Assembly: GCA_951406725.2 (NCBI GenBank) | Contig: OX597836.1 | Span: forward strand, 47,430,001 to 47,494,000 | DNA from: Octopus vulgaris | Taxonomy: Eukaryota | DNA: 64,000 nt | Reading direction: 5' to 3' | In this document: positions 40,216-55,016 of the stretch, piece by piece | How positions within the stretch are numbered: position 1 is the first letter of the stretch | Layout of the letters: each line of letters starts with the position of its first letter | Made by a program: the position numbers and the translations under genes | Notes under the pieces: model-generated | What the model saw: only the letters and a program-made list of their open reading frames with translations | Told to the model about the DNA's origin: nothing | Databases searched by the model: none

Positions 40216-40665
40216 AAGAACTTGTGTTTCTGTTAGAAGCTGTCGTGGTAAAAATTATATTACCATACAGTTAACATGGAAAGATAGAGTAATAAAAGAG
40301 AAATATAAAACAAACAAAAAACTTAAAAACTCTAAAATGCATTCATTGAATATGATGAAAAAAAATAGATACGAGTATTTTTTCTCTTTGAGAGGACACA
40401 AGTCCTTGGAGTAGCCGTAGGCATTCCTTTTATCTGAACATAACAAGATAGATATTTACAGGCAAAGAAAGCAAAAAAAGGGAAGTCCCTCTACCATAAG
40501 CACCAGGAAACAAAAGTAGAAACAAAAACAAAAAAAAACCCAGCAACTGACCAATCCACTGATATTTATTGTTGCTTTGGCCATGTAGAGACATGGTTTC
40601 TGCAAACATATACCCACCCACCCACCCCAGCAGGATGGACAAAATGGAGCGAAACCAATACTTAC

Positions 40666-40745
40666 CAAGTTGACTGATATTATCAGCACTTCCAAAGCGA
40701 TTCTTTATTAGATGAGCAAATTCACGGGGCTTGGATACTAATGAC
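40666..40745 (-). CDS. TMCC: TMCC-family internal exon (SLVSKPREFAHLIKNRFGSADNISQL)
   Basis: VSKPRE..LI.N.FGSADNI is the TMCC signature; acceptor (t)n gtacag|G, donor TTG|gtaagt; 80 bp, phase 2/1. Confidence 0.92.
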
Positions 40746-41329
40746 CTGTACAAAAAAAAAAAAAAACATTGTCTTCATCACCACAAGGTATTAGCACAAA
40801 ATAGCAAAAAAATTCTTGTTAACTCTTCTATTACCCTGTCAAATGCGATGCTTATTTATTTACATTATTTTGAATTAGGCAAGGATGATCTCATAGCTCC
40901 GAGATTTCAATGATGTGATTGTGTATCTTTTGAATGACATTGTGAGGCAGGTGTGAGAAGCTGGATCAGGCTGGTTTGGACATAAAACATAGAACATCTA
41001 AGATGGATGTGGCCGGCTTTAAATGCTAAATGGTTAAGAGAGGTTTTCTGAAAGGTGAAAATTAATTATGAAAGGAGTTGAGAACAGAGAAGGTTTCAAG
41101 GTATTTTGATGAACCTGTGGAATATACTACAGCCAGAGCTGCATCACAACCACAACCACTACTACTACAGTAACAATACAGTTTTTAAAAAATACTAATA
41201 TCTTGTCTTATTTCTTAGTCCCTGTCTCCAGGTCAGTCCTGATGCAGCAGATGAATGGTCAAGACTTTTTCCATCTGTGGCTAAACCATCTTTTTTCAAC
41301 CACAACGAATCTGGGAGTACGGCCAAGAT

Positions 41330-41347
41330 ACACACACATATACATGC

Positions 41348-41418
<71 letters not shown>

Positions 41419-42150
41419 CATACATACATAAAAACATATATACATATATATATACATACATACATATAAACATATATAAACATACATACATATAAACATA
41501 TATATAAACATACATACATATAAACATATATATAAACATACATACATATATATATACATATATATAAACATACATACATATATATATATACACATATATA
41601 TATATACATATATATAAACATACATACATATATATACATATATATAAACATACATACATATATATATACATATATATAAACATACATACATATATATAAA
41701 CATACATACATATATATATACATATATATAAACATACATACATATATATATATACATATATATATATACATATATATAAACATACATACATATATATACA
41801 TATATATAAACATACATACATATATATATACATATATATAAACATACATACATATATATAAACATACATACATATATATACATATATATAAACATACATA
41901 TATATAAACATACATACATATATACATATATATAAACATACATACATATAAACATACATACATATAAACATACATATAAACATATATATAAACATACATA
42001 TATATAAACATACATACATATATATATACATATATATGAACATACATACATATATATATACATATATATAAACATACATACATATATATAAACATACATA
42101 CACATATATATACATATATACATACATACATACATACATACATACATACA

Positions 42151-42184
<34 letters not shown>

Positions 42185-42214
42185 CATGCATGCATGTATG
42201 TATGTATGTATGTA

Positions 42215-42250
<36 letters not shown>

Positions 42251-42275
42251 TGTGTGTGTACAGGTATATATATAT
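41330..42275. repeat. ~0.95-kb compound TA/CATA/AAAC microsatellite
   Basis: Higher-order repeats of (ta)n-aa-(cata)n; switches from (CATA)n to (TATG)n near 42185. Confidence 0.9.
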
Positions 42276-42566
42276 GAGAGTATTGTAGTTCGCTTCAAGC
42301 AAACACACACACACACATATACATACATGTAGTTACTTGACTGAGAACTACAACTGCTGCTGCTTATAGTGGTTTAGAGAGCAAGAGGGGGAAGAGAGAG
42401 AGAGAGAGAGAGAGAGAGACTATGAGATGACAGAGAAGGTGAATATTTTCCTTAAGAGGAGAGAACCACTTCAGGGTATATATTTTATCTTTTGGTTGGC
42501 AATGCCATCTCCTGTCAAACTGTTCAGCCCATCCATGCCAACATGGAAAATAGTAGTGATGATGAT

Positions 42567-42612
<46 letters not shown>

Positions 42613-42888
42613 CACGCACACACATACATAAATGTGTGTGTATATATATATATATATATATAACAGTTCAATTTGGATATGAACTTTGTAATTTGTTTTT
42701 GAAGGAAAGGCAGATGGCTTAGTGGTTATGGTGTTGGACTCATGGTTGAAAGATGGTGGTTTCAGTTCCTGGACCAGACAATGTAATGTGTTCTCGAGTA
42801 AAAGACTTCATTTTACACTGCTCCTACCCCCTCAGCTAGTAAAAAATGAGTAATCTTGTGGTGAACTGACGTACCATCCAAAAAGGAA

Positions 42889-42928
<40 letters not shown>

Positions 42929-42934
<6 letters not shown>

Positions 42935-43123
42935 TAACAATGAGGGTCTTTGCAGCAAGTTGCTAGACCACATATCGAAAGTATTAGAAATAGCAGCCAG
43001 AGGACAACGTAGACGGGGACATATTTTTGTAGTAAAAGAAATAACAGTCCTCTGGCTGCTATTTATAATACCTTTGGTATGTGGTCTAGCAACTTGCTGC
43101 AAAGACCCTCATTGTTATAATTA
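42929..43123. repeat. ~77-bp-arm inverted repeat next to (TA)n
   Basis: 42929-43005 is the reverse complement, with a few mismatches, of 43047-43123. Confidence 0.8.
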
Positions 43124-43227
43124 GATATAATTTTACCGAATATGGTCCTTTTCCATACCGAAATACTACTTGGTGAAATTTTTTAATTTTATTAAATTAA
43201 TTATATTTCACCCTTTATCTGTACTGT

Positions 43228-43268
<41 letters not shown>

Positions 43269-43493
43269 ACTTGTAAATAAGGGCAAACGAAAAAATTTCT
43301 AATGCCAAAAATGCCAAAATTGGACATATTGTCCATAACCATATAATTTTTCACAGTACGCATGCTACTTGAAAAAAAGGGTGACAGAAATTTCTAGAAA
43401 ATTACATTATTACCATTATAAATTCCATTATATATATATATATATATATAGGAGAGTATTGTAGTTTGCTTGAAGCATTGTGTATTGATTATA

Positions 43494-43912
43494 AAGAATA
43501 AAAAGTTTTGAATGGTACAACAACGCACTAGAATACAGACAATGGGCTGTGTATACCTGTTGTAATTTAGTCATCCATAGTATGATATGATATTTCGGAA
43601 TGAAATTCCTTCTTCAGAAATTCTTTGATGGAGTCGCTGCTATAATCGGTTTTCCAATGGCTTTTCTTTTTTATTTGTTTTTTTTTTTTTGGAGGTGTCC
43701 CAATAGTGGTCTCATGAAGCCCCTTCCGGAATTCCTCATGAGAAAAGCCGTTGGAAAACCAATTATAGCAGCGATTCCATCTAAGAATATCTGAAGAAGG
43801 AATTTTATTCCGAAATATCATATCAGACCATGGATGAGTAAATTACAACAGGTATACACAGCCCATTGTTTGTATTCTAGTACATTGGTGTACCATTCAC
43901 AACTTATTCTTT
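43494..43912. repeat. ~120-bp-arm inverted repeat, Penelope-like terminal remnant with a hammerhead-like motif in each arm
   Basis: 43494-43618 versus 43790-43912; each arm carries ctgaagaaggaattt(t/c)attccgaaatatcatatc. Confidence 0.72.
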
Positions 43913-44347
43913 ACATATATATATATAAGAAACTAGCGATACTGGCCTTATGCTCCTTACAGAGTAATGTGGACTAACCAGTTTGCGTTAGAAAGCCCAT
44001 CAATAGGTACGAGCTACCAGACAGAGTTTTACAGTGAAAACCAGTCATATTACTGAAGATGCATCCGGAAATCCAGAAATATCAATGAGTATATATAAAA
44101 GTGTAAAGAGTAAGAGAGAATGGATTGAGCAAGCAGATTTTATTGCCTAATAATGCTACTGTTTCATCTCCACTTGACCAGCAGATTATTACCAAAGTGT
44201 TATCACATCTGTAGGGTTTTGCTGATGAGGTTTCAATGGAAGGGTAGTTCTTGCTATGCCCTTCTGTTTCATGTTCATCGAAGTGGCTATGTGCCCCCTG
44301 ACCTTACACAACCAGTGAGTTCTCAATATACTGTCACCATCACCAAT

Positions 44348-44760
44348 AGGCATAGGTATGGCTGTGTGGTAAGAAGTTCACTTCCCAACAGCATGGTTCT
44401 AGGTTCAATCCTACAGCATGGTATCTTGGGCAAGTGTCTTCTACTATAGCTTTGAGCCGATCAAAAATTTGTGAGTGGGTCTGATAGATGGAAACTGAAA
44501 GAAGCCTATTGTGTGTTTGTGTGTGCATGTATGCACATGCATGCCTGTGTGGGACTTCACGACTGTGTTTGTGTGTGTCCCCACCACATTGCTTGACAAT
44601 CGGTGTCAGTGTGTTTAGGTCCCCATAACTTAGCAGTTTGGCAAAAGAAACTGATAAAATAAGTACCAGTCCTGGGGTCGAGTCATTTGACTAAAATTGT
44701 TTAAGGTGGTGTCCCAGCATGGCCACAGAGTAATGACTGAAACAAGTAAAAGATAGAAGA
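44348..44760 (+). mobile_element. Diverged SINE (family A)
   Basis: Head, body and tail recognisable. Confidence 0.75.
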
Positions 44761-46989
44761 TAATATATAATATGCATTCAGTTGTACTTGTTTACCTGTA
44801 ATCTTTTATCCTTTAATTATAGGGTAATTTTTGATCTTTTAATGTTTGATTTTATCTTTGTTAATATAAGTCACTGACAAAGCAATGAGTTGGCAGAGTT
44901 GTTAGCAGGCCAGGCGAAATGCTTAGCAGTATTTCATCTGTCTTAACGTTCTGAATTCAAATGCTGAGGAGGGAGGGTGGCAACTTTCCCTTCCATCCTT
45001 TTGGGGTCAATAAAATAAGTGCCACTTGAGCACTGGGGCCAATGTAATTGACTTGGCCCCTTACCCAAATCTGCTGGCCTCGTGCCAAATGTATGAAACC
45101 AATATAGGTCATGGACTACCTTACTGATGTGTATGTACAAATGTGTGTGCATACAAAGGTGGACATATATATATATATACATACGCATTATACAATTAAT
45201 ACTGTATCTCATTGTATGTGCACATGTATATATATCTGTGTGTGTGTAATACATACACACACACACATGAACATAAAGGAATAGAAAGTGATTCCTAATT
45301 CATCAATCTTTATCCATAATTTTATTTTACTCGTTTTATTTAATGGCTTATTTCTTCAAAACACTTCATGTTAATATAAGAATGAGACTGCAATTAAAAT
45401 AGTTGGCCAGTTATAAATCAATCCGAGGTAGCAGACAGCTCTTTGGTAAAGAGAATACCGGACTGTTCTGTTCAAACATCTTACTGACCTCTGGGGACGT
45501 TGGTTATTAGGAGAAAGGAACTATGCAGACACGCAGATAAATTAAATGCTATGTTTTGTCTGTTTATTTATGTATCAAGCTTTTTGATTATTTTCCTTTT
45601 ATCATTTGTTTTCTTCCTTCACCCATTTTCTTGACCAGCTGAACTGAATCTGTGGTTTATGATCTAATGGTGTTTGATTTGATTTTAAAAGTGATTGCAA
45701 CAGAATGAACGCAAGGTCTATGTCTTCTGTGGAATATAGTTTGATTTAGTAAACTCATTGCATTCATACCTAAGGAATCTTCAATAACGAATGTTGCTGG
45801 AATAATACAGATGTGATGTATCATTCAATATATGTAATATATTAAATAATATTAATATTACACTGTCAGAGTGGTTGGCGTTAGGAAGGGCATCCAGCTG
45901 CAGAAACTCTGCCAGATCAAGATTGGAGCCTGGTGCAGCCATCTGGCTCGCCAGCCCTCAGTCAAAATCGTCCAACCCATGCTAGCATGGAAAGCGGACG
46001 TTAAACAATGATGATGATGATTAATATATCTAATATATTAAAGCAGCAAGCGGGCAGAGTTGTTAGTACACCAGACAAAATGCTTAGTAGCATTTCATCC
46101 ATCTGCATGTTCTGAGTTCAAATTCCACCAAAGTCAACTTTGCGTTTTATCTTCTCAGGGACAACAAAGTAAGTACTAGTTGAGCACTGGGGTCGAAGTA
46201 ATTGACTTACCCCCTCCCCTGAAATTTCTGGGCCTGTGCTAAAATTTAAAACCAATATATTTGATATATGATAATATTTCAGCAATAATCCACTGGTAAA
46301 GCAGAGATAAAACAATCATCGTATTATGCAAGAAAACATGTTTACTCAATCCATTCTCTCTTGTTTACACATGTATGTATATATGTATGTATGTATGTAT
46401 GTATGTACATACGTACTCTTTCTCTTTTTAATTTAGAGTACATTTTGACTGGCCACCTGCTGGATACCAAGGTTGTGGAAGGAAAGCATCATCCTTTAAA
46501 TCTTAAGAAAATCTTGCTGACTTTTATGGCCCCAGATATTGTCATCATTTGTATATGAATTAAGGATTTGTGTTCCCTCCCACAAGGACCCAGGTTCAGC
46601 CATACTTTGCTCCAGACAGGTTGGTATCCTATTGCTCCATTAATAGGTATGAAGCTGGGTACTGGATTTGCAAATTCCCTATCAATGGTCAGTAGATGTC
46701 CTCTTTTCCTTGTATTTTTCTAACTACATTGGTGTCTAGACGGCAACTGATTTTCGCAACAGAACATACCTTTTTCCTTGAAGACCCGTACAGAAATACC
46801 TGGCCAGTTGTGTTCTAACTTGGTGGCTGTTTTAATTTGTAACCACCATCAACATTCTTTTGACCCATTATTCCCAATATTGTCAACTTTGTTTGTAGCA
46901 ACCAGTACCTGCTCACACTAAGCACAAGGACTTGCTGCCTCCAAGCAAGTGACTACAAAGATCTTTCCAGACGCTAAAAACATCCCTCC

Positions 46990-49740
46990 ACCCCAAGTTC
47001 CCAGGTCCACAATGAACATTGGCATAATGAAAGGTAGGTCTGGAAAGATTCTTGAAATGTTCAAGTGGAGGCATATAGATGTATGCTGTGTGCAAGAAGT
47101 ACAATGGAGGGGGACCTCAGACTACTTGTAGGCAAGAGACATACATACAAATTTTTCTGGGTGGGCAGCAATGACGGTTTACGTGGTGTAGGTATTCTTC
47201 TAGCAGAGAAATTGGTGGATAAGGAGACTGAGGTAATTAAGGTGTGTTATAGGATTATTAAGCTAAGAATTTTGTTTAATGTAATAGTGTCATTTATCTC
47301 TGCTTAAGTTCCATATGTCAGACTCACAACTATTCAAAAGGATTGTTTCTATGAATCCCTTCTGTTGACTACAGGGTTAACATTCTCATCATGGCAGAGC
47401 ACTTCAATGGTCATGCTGGATTCCATGGCATGCATGGAGGTTACAGTTTTGGTTCTAGAAATGAGGAGGGAACAAGGCTGTAGGTGTTTCGTGATGTAAA
47501 TGACTTACTGGTTTGCAACATCAACTTCAAGAAACCTGCCATCCATTTGATCACTTATGAATTTGTTGGGCACACCAGCCAGACTGACTACATTCTCACC
47601 AGAAACACGGACAGGCATATGCTGGTGAATGCAAACTGGTTCCCAGATGAAGAATGTACAACTTAACATAGGTTAATGGTTAGCAACTTCAAACTTAGGG
47701 CTAGAAGGATACAGAGAAACAAACTGATATGAAAGAAGAGGTTGATGAGAAGGAGGAAGAGACAGACATACAACAAAGAGGAAAACAAGGTTTTTGTGAG
47801 ACAATCTGCTGAGAGCAACAGACCAAATATGTGGTTGGAGCAAAACTCTGCCAGACCATGGGTGACTTTGTGGTGAAACAGTGAGGTCAACAAGGCCATA
47901 AAAGTGAAGAGAATGGTTTGGAAAGAGGGGAATGTGGGGGTAGGAAAGAACCCTATCAAATAGCAAAAAGAGAAGCTAGGCATCAGGTTTATCTAGCTAA
48001 GGGCAGAAAGGAAGAGGTTTGCGAATGTCTTACAATGTGAAGATGGGAGACTTGAGGTGTCTTGGATTGGTAGACAGTATGCCAAAGAGAATGAAGATGT
48101 TGTGAGAGAGAGAAGCGTGTACAGATGGATGATGGTATGCTTACACTTAGTAACTCTGGTAAGAAACATGAAAGAACGACTATGAAAGGTTATTAAATGC
48201 AGAGAATGAATGGAAGAAACAGAGTCTCCTCCATGTGAACCCAACAGAGGGACCAGCTATCCTAGTTGACAGCAGTATGATAGATAAGGCAATTAAGGGT
48301 ATGAAGACGGGGAAAATCCATGGTCCATCAAAAGTTGCTGTTGAGATTCTTAAAATATTTGATAGAACATAATATGGTCTAGTCATCCATAAAGTTAATC
48401 AGATTATTCAGGGAGGCATAAGCTCCAGTGACAAGTGTAGCAGCATCAGAACCAGCTGCTACAAGGGTAAGGGAAATGACTTAAAGGGAAGCATCAAATT
48501 ACTAGACCGGTCATAACAGGAACAGAATTAGACAAAATGAAATGCAGATTAGCTCTGTGCCAGGGAGAAACACTAATAATGCTATTATTATAGCCAAGCA
48601 ACTGCAGGAGAAGTATTTAGCCAAGAATAAGCCATTGTACTTGGTATTTGTTGATCTGGAGAAAGCCTTCAACAGGGTCCCTTGCTAAGTGATATGATGG
48701 CATCTGAGGAAGCTAAGGATAGACAAACGGCTTATGAAAGCAGTACAGAACATGTACAAGGGTGCTGTTAGTAAGGTAAGACTTAGCCATGAGTACAGTA
48801 ATGAATTTAGTGTACAGATAGGTGTTCACCAAGGCTCGGTCCTCAGTCCCCTTCTGTTCATCATCGTCCTCCAGGTCATAACAGAGGGATTTAAGACTGG
48901 AAACTCAAGGGAATTATATGCTGATAATCTTGCCCTCATAGTAGAATCTGTAACAGAACTAGAAAAGAAATTTCAGATGTGAAAACAAAACCTAAAATCA
49001 AAGGGTCTCAAAGTTAACTTAGCAAAGACCAAGATCCTAGAAAGGAAAAATATCAGACAGGACCCCACTTGTTTCAGGTAAATAACCCTGCTCAATATGA
49101 AGGAAAAGTGTAGGCAGGAATTCCATTCAGTGTACCCAGTGCAAGCTAGGAAAACACAAGAGGTGCAGTGGAATAGTAGGAAAGTCAACAGAGAAAGTAG
49201 TGCTTGTGTGTGGAAGATGTACAGGAGCCATAAAGACTACAGATACATGGGAAACAGATTTCCTCAAATGCCCCTAAGGTTCTCTGGAAGTAGTAGATAC
49301 TTCTGCTACCTAGGTGACATAATTAGCAGTGGAGGGAGATGTACTGAAAGTGTAATTACTAGAAGAATAGGATGGAGAAAGTTCAGAGAACTTTCACTTC
49401 TGTTGATAAACAAAGGTCTTTCTTTCTCTCCCAGTGAAGGAAAGATTGTATCTTGCATGTGTATGAACAGCAATGATACACGGTAGGGAGATGTGGGCCC
49501 TGAACGCAGAGACTAGAACGTGAAGACTAGAGAGGAATGAAACCAGTATGTTCCACTAGATCTGCAATGTCAGTGTATATCCACAACAGAGCATTGGTGT
49601 ATTGCGATAAAAGTTAGGCATAAGAGGAATTAGATGCAGTGTGCAAAAGAGAAGACCATGCTGGTTTGATCATGTGATGTGGATGGTTGAAGACGGTTGC
49701 ATAAAGAGGTGCAGATCCCTTAAAGTGGATGGAACTTGTG
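46990..49740 (+). mobile_element. Decayed RTE-clade LINE (AP endonuclease + RT)
   Basis: NIGIMKGRS...DVCCVQEVQWRG, FVDLEKAFNRVP, GVHQGSVLSPLLFIIVL, LYADNL; many stops and frameshifts. Confidence 0.85.
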
Positions 49741-51230
49741 GAATTTCCAAGCAAATATTGCCAATATCCAAAACTTTATTATTACTGAGCTTCCTTACAG
49801 CTGCTGCAGTATCGTCTTGTGTTGGTTCAACAGATATTTCTATGACTGCAGGGAGGTCTACCATTTCCTCAATTATTCTCACATTTATATTTGAACATCT
49901 ATTGAGATCAGAATAGTGCTGTATCCATCATTGTTGTAGGTATGGACATCAGTAAACAGCTTTTGGCCATCAACAGATCTCAGCAGAGCCTCTAAACACT
50001 GGTCTAGAGCTTCAAACCTCTTTTACAAAAAATCGAAAGACTTTTGTAACTTAAGTCTATAGCATCTTGCACATCGTTTGCTTTTTGGTTCCACCACTTA
50101 TTTCTTTCTTTGTTTGGAGACTTCATTGAATTATTAATTTAAGAGATTTATATCTCATGTCTTGGTTAAGATTATTTGACTTACACAGAACTTTTTGCCA
50201 AGTTGCTGCTTTTCATGAAGATTAATGATTTCCAAGTCATTGCCAACAAACCAATCAACTACTTTCTTAGATCCGTACTCCAAAGTGGAAGACACTGCAT
50301 TATAGACTTGTGGTTTGAAATTTTCCCATGGATTTTCTTGTTTAAGTGAGACACCTTTCATTGCATCATGACAACATTGCAATCAAGTGGGAGAATTAAG
50401 GTTTGGTATGCTAATTCTCCTTAGTACACTAGAGCCTTACTCTCTAATTTGGGGCTCAATTGCAAAATTTAACTTCCCTCTCACAAGCCGAAGATTTGTC
50501 CACTATTCTGCTCCTTTCATAGCTTGTACATTGTGGACATCCTTCAAACCTGATTAACATACTAAGACATAGTCAATAAGGGGTCAGCTCTTAGACTTTG
50601 GATGCATCCATATTGTTTTATATCTATGTTTTTTGCTGAAAGTGCTTGCTATCATGAGCCAATGTTCAGTGCAAAAAGTAAGGAGTGAGACACCATTTCG
50701 ATTACATTTTCCTACACTTTGTTTACCCAAAGCTAGCCACATCATGAAATCAGATCCCACCCTCAAGTTGAAGTCACCCATAATTATTAGCTTATCACCA
50801 GCCGACCCATTTCTCACCAATTCTCCGAGTTCATTATTAACAGATGCTTCTTTGGGTGATATTGTGGGTACATAAACACTTATTAGTGTAAGGTACCTTC
50901 CTTTATTCAGATGCAGACACCACAACATCATATGTTCTGAGAAACCACTGGGATAGATTTCAATAGAGGAGCTGAAAGTTTCTAACAGTCAAGCCAACAC
51001 CTGACTCTCTTCCTTGATTCTCTGCTACACTTTTCTAACAGAAAGTGTAGCCAAAGTCATGCTCATTGCACTGACTCTCCGCATGTAGGTATGCTTCAGT
51101 GAGAGTCACTACATCGAATGAGTATCTTTTCAACTCCTAGGTGATCAATGTGGTTCATCTCTCTGGACTTTGACTAAAATTGTCATCAACTAGAGTATGC
51201 ACATTCCAACAAGCAAGTTTCATTGGGTGC
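49741..51230 (-). mobile_element. Second decayed RTE/BovB-like LINE fragment (endonuclease region), opposite orientation
   Basis: LISVYVPT...IIMGDFNLRVG...GKCNRNGVSLLTFC...WMHPKSK. Confidence 0.78.
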
Positions 51231-52371
51231 TTAATCTTTTTATGTTGTCGATTGACCACTGTGGTAGGATAAGGACAAGGCTCAGCCTGTGGCATACAGG
51301 GACACCTGCTGAGTCATTCTCAAGCCCTTACTGCCATGAGTCATTCCTAAGCCCTTATTGCCATTTACTGATTTTTTTTCTTCTTTGAGACATTTCCAAT
51401 GAGTTTAACCTTTTAGCCTCTAAACCAACCAATATTTTACCTGTTTTATGTTCAAACCAGCCTGATCTGACCTCTCACACCTATCCTACAAAGTCATTCT
51501 GAAAATAAGCAATTACATCATCCAAATCTCAAACCTGTGATTAATGCATGATTAATTCAAAACAGTGTCAATAAATAAGCATTATATTTGAATAATCTGA
51601 ACACAAAAGGGTCAAAGTGCATTGTAAGGTTACTGCCAAGCATACGGCTGATGATAACTGAGCTTGTAGTGTCCGAGAAGTATCTGTGCAGTTGAATATA
51701 TTTTGAGCGATATAGCTAGTACAGGACTACCCCACTTCTTCACCATCGAAGATTTCATTGGTGTGACATATGGAATGGCAAAACCAAAATCTTCAAGGGC
51801 CTCATGCTTTTATTTCAGAGTTAACATAGCTTTCTAGGCTAGTTGCCTTAACCAGGCTGTAGGGTCCAGTCTACCCTATGAGACAGAGATTACTAAAAAG
51901 GACTTTCTGCAATCAGAAACCTGACTTTATAAGAGACTTATGTTAGAGTTATAAAATAATGATATACAATAAAATAAAATACAATAGAAACCATATACAA
52001 TATATAAAAATAAGAAACACAACACAAAATAAGATATAAACTTTTTTATAAATGTTCAAAGTTAAAAATTTTACACAGCCACACACACATATACACAGCC
52101 ACACACATGTACACAGCCACACACACATATACACAGTCACACACATATACATACACATTTGGATGGCTGTTGACTCTCACAAGTTCCTCAACCCTTTGAC
52201 AGGTTTCGTTTTTCATCCCACAGGGTGTCCCGATATCACCCTCCACACCAAGCAAGCTTGGTAGGGTTACCGGTTCAGCTGCCCATGACCCAACCATGTG
52301 ACAGGTTGTACTGGATAACATGTTACCAGTTACCAGTAGTACTCAAGAGTGACCTGACATAAATAAATAAG

Positions 52372-52434
<63 letters not shown>

Positions 52435-52676
52435 CCTCCTCATCAACTTCACCCTCTTGTACTGTCTTATTCCTCCCCACAACTACGAAACTCTATAAAA
52501 TGATTAAATTCCCCACAAAGGAATTAATTTGATTTGAAAACCCCACTAGAATGGGAGAAAGCGCTAATAATCTGAATGATATGATCTGAATGATATGATA
52601 TATATATGTAAAAAATGTAATATATAAATAAATATCTATAAATATGAACCATCCGATCTTCTGATTACCTCATTTC

Positions 52677-52725
<49 letters not shown>

Positions 52726-52777
52726 CTTTTTCTCTATGTGTATACATGTGTTGCTATCTTATATCTGAGAACTATCG

Positions 52778-53900
52778 TATGAAGAAGTGCTGCAAAGTTC
52801 CTAGATTTAAGGGTATCATGAAAGAGAAGAGCTGATACCTTTACAGGTGAGGTAGGAGAACTAGAATATATGCAAAAAATCAAGATGATATACAATATAT
52901 CATTCTCTTTTTTGCAGATTTAATGGATGATGGCAGCTCCTACAGTGGATTTTGGTAAAACTGAAGCACAAGCAGTCTTGAAATTCCATTTTTTGCAAGG
53001 CAAAGGAGCAGCAGAAATCCATTGTGAGATGAAGGAGGCCTTGAAGGATGGCTGCCCATCTTACTCCACAGTGAAAATCTGGGTGCCAAGGTTTTGGACT
53101 AATCGTTTCAAGGTCACAGATGAACCCCAGGCAGGACAGCCAACTTCCACAACCACTGAGGACAAAGTCAACGTTTTGCATGTCACAATTCTTGAGAACT
53201 GCTGGATTTAAGCTGAAGTCACAGCTGAGACTCTGGAGATTTCTGGCAAAGGAGTTGGCCACATCGTCCACAACATTCTGGACATAGAAAGCTTTCTACA
53301 AAATGGGTGCCGAAACGCCTGACTACAAATCAGAAGCACATCAAAGTAATGACATCAAAGGCGATTTTGTACTGGTTTGCAGCAGGAGAGGCTGATTCAA
53401 TAGCTCGTTTTGTCATTATGGATGAAACTTGACTTCGTCATGATGATCCCCAGACCAAGTAGTAATCAATGGAGAGGTGCCATAGTGGTTCACCATGTTC
53501 CAAGAAGTTTCAAACCCAGAAATCAGCTGGAAAGATTCTGGCTTCAGTGTTCTGGGACAAAAACGGAGAACTCCTCATAGAAAGGTTGCACCAGCAATGC
53601 AGAATACTACCTCTCTGCTGGATGAACTGCATAAAGCTTTGAAGCAGAAACACCAAGGAAAGCTCAGCCACGGGTGTCCCGATTACATGGAAATATGTGA
53701 CTTTGACTTCAAATTGGGACGACCACTCACCTTACTCTCCTGACTTGACCCCCCACCCCACTCTGACTATCACCTCTTTCCACACCTGAAGAGAACAAAA
53801 TTTCACTCTGACTCAGCAGTAATCGCTGCTGCAGAGGCCTGGTTAGAGGCCAACCTTCTGAGTTCTTTTTACAGGACTTTGCAAAACTGAAGAACCACTG
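52778..53900 (+). mobile_element. Mariner transposon fossil
   Basis: AVLKFHFLQGKGAAEIH helix-turn-helix, WVPKRLT, MDET, YSPDL..SDYHLF motifs; disrupted; no 3' TIR seen. Confidence 0.85.
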
Positions 53901-55016
53901 CACCGTTCTAACTCTATAATCCATTACTTATGTATTTTTATATTTCTAATGATAATTTTTTTTTCTATATATGTAGCAGCTTTTCTAAATAAACTTACAC
54001 TTCATTCCAGAAGCTCTGAGGAAGCTATAAAGTGATGCACAAGAACTAAGATGTGAGTGCACAATGTTTTATAGCGAAAACTGCTGTGAGCTAATGAAGA
54101 CCGTTGCATAATTTCTTGTTCCTTTGTCATTTAAATTCATAGTACACTCTGTACTTGACTATTGCTTTATTCTGAAGCATATGTATATTGAGTTCTAACA
54201 CCATGTTATTAGTGTCACTATGCTTAAGCAATATGTATATATATATTAAAGTTAGTCGTGTGTGATGTGTGTGAAATTTGGCCGCATTTTCAAGATACTT
54301 GTAATAGTTCCCTCAGTGATATTCAACATGCTTTAACACTCAATACTTCTAACAAGTGCCACTTCTAACAAGTTTGAAGTATGGCACCTATTTCTGGACG
54401 ATCAAGAGATCATATAAAGCAGTCATGAGAAATTCCTTGTCTGCAGATGGAACTTTGATCCCATTCAAAACTAAAATAAGACTCAAGCAGTAACTTAATA
54501 CGTCATCATTCTTTTCTTTATTTACCCTCTTGGTCATATCTGTTTTGAATGAACAAAGAAAATGTAGAGTAGAGAGGACATTTTAGTATTGCAGAGGACA
54601 CAACAACCTCCCTAGTGCTGGTGCATGATAAAATGTACCTCATATACTCTCTAGAAGAAGTTGGTAATAGGAAGAGCATCCATCTAGAGAAATCATGAAA
54701 AAATTATGATCAATGACAATAATAACTCTATAATAACTGACTTGTGTAGGGATGACTTGTTATTTTTCAGAGTACAGATTATTTCCACAGGTTCCTAAAA
54801 ATTTGTATCTCACCCCTGGTATGAGAAAGGTTTCAAATCCATGAACTAGAGGCTTGGTCATTGGTTTGTTTAAATAGCTTAATTGTTGCAGCATTAATTT
54901 TCCTAACAAATGCTACATGTATGAAATTTTATGTTTTCACATGGATGTTTATGTCACTGATTAAATGATACATTCTGTCTTAAGCCAGTCGGCTGCAGGG
55001 CAGAAACTTAGCACAT

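Noticed and set aside
41195-42328. 300-377-aa Y/I/M/C/V-rich ORFs
   Set aside because: Translations of the TA/CATA microsatellite.
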